This document shows positions 28,201-40,200 of a DNA stretch of 64,000 bases, piece by piece. Position 1 is the first letter of the stretch. Every line of letters starts with the position of its first letter. The translations under genes and the position numbers were made by a program. The notes beneath the pieces were generated by a model. The model searched no databases. It worked only from the letters and a program-made list of their open reading frames with translations, and was not told the origin of the DNA. Origin of the DNA: Torpedo marmorata (lineage: Eukaryota); assembly GCA_977017645.1 (NCBI GenBank), contig OZ360223.1, forward strand, positions 29,760,001 to 29,824,000, written 5' to 3'.

Positions 28201-31200
28201 GTTGGAATCAAGTCACTGAGAGGAATTGGAAAGGAAAGACAGGAAACAAGTTTTGTTTAGAAGAGTGTTAGAAACAGAAAAGCACTTCAGTTTTCTATAT
28301 TTTCATACATTTACTTTTAACGTCTACGTCTCAATCAGAATGCATCTGGTCTAATCTAGACGATTTGATTTTGAGTGAGATAACAATTCAACTGATTATC
28401 CCAGAATAGCCTAAATAGCGTTGCTGCTGAAAGTTAATTTCCTCTGCCCACATGAATGAGGGGAATGCAGCAATTTGCACATCAAGATTGTAAACATCGC
28501 AGGGCAGTGTAACATGAATGCAAAGGTCATTATGAATGCAATTTAATAATACTCAAAATTAAATAACCAAAATAGGTTAAACTTGAATAATGGCAACTTT
28601 TAGATTATTTCTATTTGTTTGCCAATAATCTCCCCCTTATGAAACTCTTCAATTTGGTTTCTTTAGGAACGTGAAACAATCAATTTTCTGTTGATGCAAT
28701 CTACAACAAGGAAAGTTCAACGGATTCATGCTTCATGTCTAGTTCAGATAATTGATGTCAACACTAACATTAGTCATTACATTAATGTTACGGCTTTACA
28801 AGTTTCAACATCTTTAAAAACATCAGGTCTCGTCTCAAAGTAAAAACTCGAGTGCCATTTAAATCAGTAGAAATGAAAAAAGGCTGGAAAGAATTCTGAA
28901 CCAGAAATGCTATCACAGCACATTCCTCAAAACTGTAAACATGAACTAATTCTTCACATTTGTGCCCTTTAGAAAGATTTCAATGCATTGCATTCACAAG
29001 TAAATGCGACATATCTGATTAATTCATTTAAACGGGCTGGATTGAATTATTAGAAGTAGCGTTGGAGGATTAGAAATTTTTTCCAGCTTTACTCTAAAGG
29101 TATTCTTTGTACAAAGATTTAAAGAGATTGGATGCTATTTTCCCAGTTACACGACATTGATTGCTCAGCTGCCATTTAAAATGCCACACCACCACCCAAA
29201 TTCCATCAAGGCTGCTTGGTTATACAGTAAATGCTCTGCTAACCCAGCTACACAAACTCTGGGGCCAAAATAGTTTCACTGACAAAGCAGATTCCAAATA
29301 ATTCTTCCAATCTTACCGGGAATCTTCAAATTCAAATCACAGATGCTTCCAATCATTGTCTCAGAGGCAGCCCGTCGTCTGCAGGTAATGCTCTCTTTTA
29401 CCCTGCCTTCACCCGTTACTTTCACTGTGAATGGACTCCCTGCAAAGAAAACCAGTTTCTCCTTTACATTCAACTCCAACTTCATTCCTGCACATGAACA
29501 GCACTGCAAGCTTTTAAAACTCCCTCAACTTCTGCAAATTGCAGGGACACGAACAAAATATACAAACTTGATCTTACTGCCTGGGGTACTATAAAATAGC
29601 AATGATATACAAATGAGTTATGAATGCAATAATTCATACATTTTAAACCTGTAGGTCTTGTGGATAAATAACAATCTCAAGCAAATTATCTTAATTTGAA
29701 GCAAATTAACTTTGTAGTTCTCATTGTCATACCTGGAACATGCTGGTCAGCAAATTTGATGTAAATAATGTAAGTGCCAGGCTCAGTTGGACAGTACAAA
29801 ACTTTGCAGGTCCTTTCTTCTGTCTCTTCTGTGTTAATATCCACCTTACTTGGGCCTTCAATGGATAATGCAAGCCCACCATAACCTGGAAACCAAAGTA
29901 ATGGATACATTTCAAAATGTTTTGGTTTTGAATATTCAAAATATCACCAAGATTCTCTAAAGGCAATAACAGTGTAATACGAGATCGTTTTGAAAGGAGG
30001 CAACTCCATAGTACCTATCCTAGCTACATTTTGTATCTGCACAAGATTTTAAAAAGAACTCTGAAGTTTAAAAATGGACTTTACATTCAATTACAACAGT
30101 GTACAAGCACTTCCCAACCCGAGACAAACCGTTCCAAGCAGTGAGAAATCAAAACGCATAATGTAATATGTCACAGGCCTTTTCCTGTAATGCACGCTTC
30201 TTGGATTATAAAATATTGGGAAGCCAGAATCTTTTTTTGACCGTTTCCAAATCTTACCTGCATCTCTTGTGTCCACAATGAAGTCAGACATTTCAAATGT
30301 TCGTCCTGCCTTCAACCCTTCTCCAGAGACCCGAACCCTGCTGGCATCTCCAATTTCTGACTGCCCAACCATAATGGTAATTGGACTATTTGCCACATGT
30401 CTACCATTTTTCTTTATGCTGACAAGGTGTTTACCAACTTCCCGTGGGACGAAGGAGATACCTATAGTCAAAAATATTGTTAACATAACAATTATTGTCC
30501 ATCCCCACCTGTCCCAAGCAGTTGGTGGCTCATGATATTAATTTAATTTTAATTTTTTTAAATTAAAAATTAAAATTTAGAACAGGCCCTTCCGGCCAAT
30601 GAGCCCGTGCCGTCCAATTACACCCAATAGATCTACAACCCCCATACGTTTTGAAGGGTGGAAACCGGAGCACCCGGAGGAAACCCATGCAGACACGAGG
30701 AGAACATACTAACTCCTTACAGACAGCGCTGGATTCGAACATGGGTCGCTGGCACTTTTGCGCTCACTGCTACGTTAACTGTGCCGCCCAGATACGTACC
30801 AATCTGTATCTCCTTTAAACCAACAGACCCTACTAATAAGTGTAATTCAAGTCTGAACTATGCTCCCATCTCCTCCTTTAAAACCACTGCAAAATTCACT
30901 TGGCTTTCCTCGCTTAGTTGTTTGCATCTTGGTCCATTCCCGGCTCTCTCCACCATCCCCAATAATGCTTCAACCAATAACACCTGGCGATTGAAACATT
31001 TGAATACACATGCTATGAAATTCATCCGTGTCACAGAAGGACATTGTACTTATACCCCCCAGACTTCTGAAGCTTGCTAAGATCACTAAATAGTGCATTC
31101 AACACCACGAATTGTGCATGAATTTCCAGGCATCTCAGTTTTAAATTTCAACAAGAGTGCTCAGTTTGAAAATAATGGAATATGTTACAGAGACAAACTG

Positions 31201-34200
31201 GACTTTTAAACCAAGCATTCTTTGAGAAAAGATGCTACTTTCATGCAGGCCAGGCAACATCTGTCAAATTGCTTTTTAACATTTCAGGTTGATTGCACAA
31301 AAAAAGGTTACCCTACTCCTATTAACATTTCCTGGCCCTTTTCCACTCATTATTGCTCAAATTTCCTTGTGTCAGCCAACTTTGAGCAGGTTCAGTATGA
31401 AGGCACAACTGATTGTACTTCATGCTTGCACTGCTTAGTCAAACTGCTGCTTCACAGCTCCATTGACCAGAGTTTAAACTTGCCCATGGTACCAAGACAA
31501 ACCTGCACATGACCTCTGAGTACTTACAACATTTAAAAAATATATATTTTCTAGCCTCTTCAGCTTGTTTTGCAGTCCCCAAAAGTGTTCAGTTGCTCTG
31601 GTGGCAGTGTTGAAGCAATGAAGTTAACTTGATGGCTCTAGATACTCACCAATGTGGTTGTTTGGTAGTCTCTTCAGCAGGCATGGCTCATCTTGGCCAC
31701 ATGGGGATTTAATGTTGGCGGTTAGCAGACTGAGATTACTTTCATTGATGTCCAACGAGATGTCAGCAGCTGAGCCAACCTTGACCTGGGACTTGCACCT
31801 GGTATCATCTGAAAAAGAAACAAGACAATCTTCAATCCATTCTGTTTTGGATGTACACTTTGCTTGAAAATTACAGCCATGTAATTTAGGAGCTTCAGAT
31901 TTATTGGATGCCCCAGTTCACAATATGCTTGCTCATTTACATCCACACACAAATATTATCCACATTTAAAATACCACCAGAATAAAACATTACTGTGATT
32001 TGTTAGGTGGAATATCTAACTTCTCAATGATATCCTGCCGCTCTGCATATTGCAATATTCGTGTGAACTTGATCCAAGCTTCAACCTAGTTGCAATTTTT
32101 TTTATAAAAAGATTATTCAAAGTAACAAGCCACCAACCAAATACAAACCTGGACTTCAGATCTATTCCTTAAAATGTAACCTTGGACATGCAAGGACAAG
32201 CAGAAATTTTGGACACTCAATTCTCAAGCTGTTCTTGAGCCCAATTGATCTCCCATACAAAAATATTATTTCCCTGTCAATATCTTCAAGTGGAGGCATG
32301 CAGAGTTACGTTCATGTATACCATTAGAAAAAATTACTTATAATTTACGAAATAAATATCATTCTTTTTTGAAAATTTGGGGCCCATATATGAGGATTAT
32401 GGGTTTAACACTGTAAATTCTCTAGATATCAGATCCGCTGGCGAAAATAACCTCTAAGGTATATTAGTTTTTAAGTTTATTGACTCCTCATTCTATTTTT
32501 CTATCTTTCCTTTTTCTTTTTCTTTTTCTTCTTTTTATTATTTTACTTTAAATTTAGAATAGGGGGATATTGGGGCTAGGGATGGGAGGGAGAAAATGTA
32601 AATCACATGTATTTTTTAAAGAAATATATGCAAAATTATTTTATGTAATCTGTGATTTAAAAATTTAAATAAAATATTTAAAAAAATATATATATCTTCA
32701 AGTGGAGAACAGTAGATCTTTAAAATAACCTTTATATTCAAGCAAAATGATTCTAGCTACTAAGAGAATTCTGAAAACTAGATGTTACAACTTGGAGGTT
32801 TCAGCAACAAAACAGTTAATCATAGCTGCTCAAGTTCTTAGAGGGGATAAGACAAGAGGAGAAACCAAATAATCTTATTGCAGCTGCAGAATCAAGAGCG
32901 TCAAGTTTCCCCAACAATTAAAATGCTGGAATGAGTTCTGGTCAACTTTTATGCAACACAACACTGAATTTCTATTAAGTGGACAAAATGCAAAAAACAT
33001 TACATTTGCCTCAACTGGAATATTTCAGCCTACTTGCAATTACTTTGCACACCTTGTTTCCATTACCTGTAATTTTGGCAGTGAAAGGACTTCCAGGGAT
33101 ATGTTTTTCATTATATTTGACAAGGATACTGTAGTCCCCTGGCAGGACTGGGAGGTACGATACTGTACATGTACCATCCTTGTTATCTATACAGCTAATT
33201 TCTGCCTTAGAAGGACCTTCAATGGCCAAGTCCAGACCACCTACATGGGAAAATAAAAAAGTACACTGAAGCAAACTATTTAGCATTTTTAATAGAAATT
33301 AGCACTGATCAACAACTCCAGTTAACTAACCAGCATTTACTCGAACATAGCCAGCTGGCATTTCCCACAAACATATGAATCACATTGCTGCCGATTTTAC
33401 TATTTTCAAACTGGTACCAATCTGAAATTAGTCCTGCGAGCCAAATTTCCTTCAGAATATTGTTTAACAGCAAGATGTGAAATTTTCATTCATAGTTGGA
33501 CTGTCTCATGCCTTTGCAAACACTGCAGTGTTTTACCATTCCCTGCAGGTTCAGTATGCAGGCACAACTGATTGTACTTCATGCTTGCACTGGTTAGTCA
33601 AACTGCTGCTTCACAGCTCCATTGACCAGAGTTTAAACTTGCCCATGGTACCAAGTCGAGCCTGCACATACAGGCAGTCCCCGGGTTAAAAACGTCCGAT
33701 TTACGAACAACTCGTACTTACGAACCGAAAAGCCGGCTGAAAGTAGAATGCAGTCAACTTCCGGTTCGAGCATGGTTGAGTCAGCATCACAAGAGAGTAT
33801 GCTGTACAATACTCTTTTTGACCCGCAGTTTTAAATTTGCAACGTTAAAGTTTTATTGTTGTTGCTATTTAAACTACCTCATAATACTTTGCAAGACTAG
33901 TTTAAAATATTTGAAATATAGGCACTGAGCTGTGGAATAGAGAGAGTTAAGTGGCTGTGTTGAAAGTTATTGCTGTCCCCGCTGTGATCGGGCTCCCTGC
34001 ACTATCCCGCAGCACGCTGCCTTACACTGATGGGAATCTGGGTTTTTTCCGTCTCTGCTCTGATGCGGCAGACCAGCGAGTTTCGAAACCACTGAACAAC
34101 GCCAGTTTAATGGAGGAGAACCCCTGAGTTAGGATTAGGGGCAGACCAGCGAGTTTCCAAACCACTGACCAACGCATTAGGGTTAGGGGTAAACTACATT

Positions 34201-37200
34201 AGACAAATATTTTCTTAAATAAACGATGTTTACTTATTGCCAATAAAGATCTATTGTCAATAAAGATCCGTTTTATATATCCCTTTTATACCATTGGAAC
34301 GTATTACGTTAAAGTGCATTGTAATAATGCTTTGAACAGTGCAGTTTTCCATAGCACTGAACTTGCTTGGAACGCGTTAACCGTGTTGTACTCTTATTTC
34401 GTCTGCTTTACAAGTGACTCGTGAACCAACAGTTTGGTGACTCTTTACTGCCTCCTTGGGTTAAAGGCAGCAAGAAATGAACAGATGCTTCTTTGCAGCT
34501 GATTCCACCTCCAAGTTTCACGTGGCAAAAATCAAACCCTGACTCTCCAGCAGCAGAATCAAACCCTGACTCTCCAGCACCAGGTCCATCCTCTCCAACA
34601 GTAGCCATCTCTCCATCATCTTCTACATTATCCAATTATGTACTGTATTATTATGTTTAAGATGTTGTAGTGTATTTCGAAGTGTTCTTTTAAGTGTTTT
34701 ACATGTATAGAAAGGTAAAATATATACTATATACTAAGATAAACATTTGACTAACTGACGCTAAATATGTACTTGTTCCGACTTAAATACAAGTTCGAGT
34801 TAAAGACAGACCTGGGTAATGGAACTCGTTTTTAACCCGGGGACTCGTATGACCTCATGCTTTTCCTGAAGATGGCCGCTGTAGCGGCAGCGCTGCCGCT
34901 GGTGCGGACCCGCGGGGAGCGTGGGAGCGGAGATACAGCGCTCCCGTGGGGTCCAGCCGCCCAATCGACTGCCGTCGATTCCGCACGGGCTTTGAACAGC
35001 CCGTTAAAGGAGCCGACGGTGGTTTTATTTAAGATCCCGCGACCGCGGGGTCTGCGCCCAAGATGGCAGCGCCTATTAACCGGCAGCAGCCACGAGGGGC
35101 TGCAGACTCCGGGGAAGCGGAGGACTGGAGCAGGGCACCAGTGGACGGGAAGATCACCCCCGTCTGAGAAGGAGAAGCGGAGGAGACGACCCACGGGACG
35201 GTGACCAGGGCGGCGGACCAGTGAGGGGCTCTGAGGCTGAAGGACCAGTGCATGCGGCGGGCTGCTGGCGACTCGAGGCGAGGAACCCGCGGAGGCTGTG
35301 GGCTGCTGGAGACTGCTGTCGGGGGACTCACGACGGGCTGCGGACTGCTGGAGGTTGGCTCGAACTGGCTGGAGGAGTACCAGGTATCGGAACCGGGATG
35401 TGAGGGGGTGCCGAGGGCGACCTGACCGTGTTGGAGGTTGGATCTGGAGCTCGGGATGCCGATCGTTTGGACTGGACTCTGTGTGGCTGCGGAAGCGCTG
35501 GAGGCGAATCTATGGACACTTGGTGACTCTGGGGGGACTCTCTTTTGCTTCTCTTTCTCTGACTGTAAGGAATGTTAGAGGCGCCTAGGCAGTTTCTGCC
35601 GATGGCGAATCTGTCTGCCTTGGAGCAGGCAAAAAGAAATTTCGTGGTATATGACACTGTCGTATTGCTGTGACAATAAATTGAATCTTGATCTTGAAAT
35701 GAGCCAGATTCCTCCACATCCCAAAAATTAGGCATTTTGGTCGATTAATTGGCCGTTTAGCTTGTAGATGAGTGGTAAAACTTGGGTAGTGTGCGGAAGG
35801 AGATGAAGTTGAAGGGAATGCATGGAGACACTGGCATCACTAGGGGGGTGTGGACTGCACCGGGTGACACCATCAGAGCGGGTGACAAAAATGAAGCACG
35901 TGGTTTCGTCTGCACGCGCTACAAGGTCAGCGCCTCCGCCACTCCACCGCCCCCCCCCTCGTTCCGGTCAGCGCCGCCCCCACCCCCCCCCCGGTGAGCG
36001 CCGCCACTCCTGGGGGGGGGGGGGGGTGACACCATGAGTTACCGCACCGGGTGGAGAATGAAGGGCTAGGGTGGAATTGGTGGTGCAAGCAAGTGTTCAG
36101 TAGCATAGACTATGGGCCAAGTTTCAGTGCAAGGCATTTTGATTCAGTTTGACAAACATTATACAGATCACCCCAATGACACACTTCAGAGCAAATGGTT
36201 TCATTTTGACAGAGATTCTCACCCTCTCCAGCATCTTCAGTTACAATTGTGAAAGTGGCCAGCTTGTTGGCAACACCATAGACAAGACCTGGGCCGTAGG
36301 CCGACACATGTCCACTGCCTCCATAGTTGACGAAGAACTGAAGTGGACTCTCTGAAAGTAAACAGGTACAACGTTCAGACATATTTGTCAATTTCATCAC
36401 ATTGAATCACTGGCAATAAAGACACTACAATATAACAAAGATCAAGCATCGGCAGTGGAGCTCAAGCCCAGTTAAATGCTGTGCACTTGTTTATTTAGCC
36501 ACAATGACAAAGGTAATGCTGTTGAATCCAAAGTCAAACAATGACCAGAAACACATTTCACAGCCGTAAGAGGTAGTCAGAAGCTACTCAGAAGTACTGT
36601 GGCATGCGACTCACACAGCTCCAAATGTTTCACTGATTTACCAAGCCCAACCTGAAGATGGAAATCATCCCTCCAGCCCAGCTCAAACATCCAGCTCAAC
36701 AAAGTCCATATGGTTGATTAAATACTCATCACCTTCACCACCCCACTGAAGCTGCAATAGGCCTGAAGCAGGGTCGGCGCCAGAACAAGTCTTAGCGGGG
36801 GGCATTAGTGTAACCGCAGGGGGCACAATCTGACCTTCGAAAACTCGCTCAGCGGGTTGGGGGGGGGGGTGCTGCCCTGCGCGTGCCTGTGAGCTCCCTT
36901 CCAGCGTCGGCATCTGGTCTTGGAGCATGCGCCCTGGTCTCCTTCAGGAGCTCTCGGGCGTCCGCAGGGTCCCAGCGCAGTCCAAGGTGTATGCTTCATG
37001 GAGCGAGTCCGAGGGTTTCTATGACCCCCATTATCGTTGTGTGGTAGACTGCGATAAGCAGTCCCAGAAGCAAGACTTTCTTCTTTCTCTACACTGCAAT
37101 TCAATTCAAGTTCAGTTCATTATCATCTGTCTGTACACATACAACCAGACGAAACAGTGTTTCTCCAGACCACGGTGTGCACACACACACGTATACACAC

Positions 37201-40200
37201 ACACATACACAATACACAGCACACAATAATCACACATATACAAAAAATATATAAAGTAAAAATACAGAGCTACCAGCTGCCTACCTGCCTACCATGGACC
37301 TCCTCCTTGCGCTTCCCCGACAGGCGGCAGGTAGGAAGGCAGCGCAGGGGAACAGCTTCCATCAGCACGGAGACCGGTTCGACGGGCCCTCGGCACCGCA
37401 GGGTGGATGCGACGCCGTGGCCGCTGCGCGGACCCTTCCCGCCCCGTGCTCCTCACCCATGGCCCCCGGGATTTCTCCTGCTTTATATCGTCAACCTTTC
37501 CATGATGCATTGCGGGCGACAGGCATGCGCGTTTCCCTGGCGCTGGCATTGGCAGAGCGGTTCCAGCTGCGTGGGGGATTATGGGTAACGAAGACGGCCA
37601 TTGATCCCGCTGTGACGCTAGAGACGCTAGGCTGCGGGTCACAATACCTCATTTGGGGGGGCAATGGCCGTGAATGCCCCCCCTTGGCGCCGACCCTGGC
37701 ATGAAGACTAACGTTTCCCTAATGATCCAGTGGTTCTCAACCAGTGGGCCAGTGTGTTTCCAAGTGGGTCTTTAAAAATATTAAATAAAATACTTTAAAT
37801 TAGATAAAGATGTGTTTCTTACAGAGCTGCCTTTGACTTGAAAATATTGCTCAGTCATTGCCGCCAGTGGGCCATGGCATGTTAGGCCAGAAGCCAGGTG
37901 GGCTTTAGACCGAAAAAGGTTGAGAACCACTGCCCTAATCTATGACCTGCATCACTTAGAAGGACTAGGGGAGGGTGTGATGATACATAGGAACACCAAG
38001 TATCATCCCATCCAGACTTGAAACTTATTGCTTTATCTGGGTCAAAATACTGAAACAGCAGCACGATAATAGCAGCTTCAACACTCGACGAGATGTGCAT
38101 TGAGGTGCAAAAGTGAAATTCATGGCAACCGCAGCCAATCTGAATCTGACATCTTATTTTGTTACCTAATCCAAGGCAAAACAGTCTAGACCCGTCAGGC
38201 TCTGCTTGACACTTGACCTTTGACTCCACCCACAGGCCCAGGCACACCTTACCAGCAATGCTCACCTCAAGACTTCTGTCATTTCATTCTGCTGAGCCTC
38301 AATTGACTGGCAAGGTGCAAATGCAGTATTTTAGCTTCAATTTATAATGACCAAGTTCATGACTGCTTTTACTTGGAGTGTACAAGATACAATAGTGTGC
38401 CTACGATACCACTAAAAACAGGGTACGCAGAATGTTTTACACTATAAAACGGTCTTAAAGACGGATTAGACAATTAACTAGCTTTTATATTCAGACACAA
38501 AAGCCAATTAGTGCTAAATTGAATTAAGATAAAATAGCTCAACATCATTTGTAGATGAAACATTGTGGCTCCCTCCACCGAAAGCAATTCTATTACATAG
38601 GCCTCAAAACAAAAACGTACCTGGAATGTGATTTCCATTGTACTTTATGTGCATCTCATGCAGACCCACTTCAGTTGGGGAATATTTGACTGTTACTGTA
38701 CCATCATGATTATCAATTATTTCTGGTTTAGCCGTTTTGTTTGAAGGCATGTGAACTTCACCTAATTATACAGAAGTAGCCAGAGATTATAGTTGAAAAA
38801 AAGATCAAGTTTAAAAAAGTAATTTTAAAATGCTATTTAGTCCAAAGTTCATATTTAAAATCACCCAGTTTCATAATTCTGAATTCAAGGATAATCATTC
38901 ATTAAAAGATCACCATCCTGAATTTGCTCACCAGTCTGAGCTGTCTTTAACAAACATCCAAAATGTTCCTTTTACAGCTGTTCATTTGATAAAATTTAGA
39001 AATATGACTTTTCTGGATTGATTTCAGGTTTTTGCCCTGAATGGCAAGGAATGGATCCTCCTTTTCAATGCTATTGAACATTGAAATACATTTGACTGCA
39101 ATACCTAAAAGACAAGCTTACTTCTGCACTTTCAAAGCAAAACAAATGGCCTTGCAATTTGCCACAAGAGCAAATCCATTAAAGCAGCTTCCAAAATAAT
39201 GAAATTGTCCAGAAAATTATAAACAAAACTTAAATTTGGAGATCCATTTACCATCGAGTTAAGTTTTTATTGCCCTCATTATAGGAAAGAGCAGAATGGG
39301 AAAGTTTGGTTTTCACACCAGCTTTGGAAAATACAGCACTGTTGGTCCAGTAATTGGCAGCAGGAATCTAGTTGTGACATTAGAAACCTTACTGTTCAAA
39401 CAATTAGAGAAGCTGGTCCTCCACAGTTCAGTTCTCCAAATTGGTATTGAATTTGAGAGTTAAGACTTCAAGATCAGAAACATGCACCCAACATAAAACA
39501 GAGAAGCGTGGTTAACCAAACTCTGATCCTGTGCCAATCATTGATCCTTCAGAAGTGGTCAAGAGGTTGGGTCTCAATTTTTAAACCAGGTATTTAAACA
39601 TTAATCTTGCAAAAATTATGGAAGCACTCAGATCAGACAGCATCTGCTCAGCTGCAGCATTAACCCAAAACATCAATGCATTAAAATATAATGGGTGGCA
39701 TGGTTGGTGTAGCGGTCAGCGCAACGCCTTTATAGCGCCAGAAACTTGGACCGGAAATCGAATCCCGCGCTGCCTGTAAGGAGTTTTTACATTCTCCCTG
39801 TGTCTGCGTGGGTTTTCCCCGGGGGCTCAGGTTCCCTCCTCCGTTTGAAACGCACAGGAGTCATAGGTCAATTGGGTGGAATTGGGCGGCACGGGCTCGT
39901 GGGCCGAAAGGGTCTGTTACCGTGCTCTATGTCTAAATTTAAATATAAAATTTTAAATTACCTGTTTCTTCAAAGTCCATCTGTACTTGTAGCACTTCAG
40001 TTTCAAATTAAAAAAAAAAAATTTAGACCTACAGCATGGTAACAGGCCATTTACAGTTCTATTTCAATTTAGTATGGCAACAGAAAGCCCTTAGGAGAAA
40101 AACAGTGAGACTGGAAATACAACTCAATTTTTCTTTCATAATGGCTATATGGGAGAGTGTTGGAGGCCATATGACTTAATCCAGATGATTAGAATGTTTG

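Noticed and set aside
28208-28210. Selenocysteine interpretation of the TGA in the cryptic exon
   Set aside because: The aligned FLNC residue is Trp, not Cys, and the 3'UTR where a SECIS would lie is outside the window.
34832-37704. Many GC-rich ORFs on both strands
   Set aside because: They lie in non-autonomous TEs; stop-codon scarcity reflects GC content; no recognisable domains. Only the FLNB exon at 36223-36351 is accepted.
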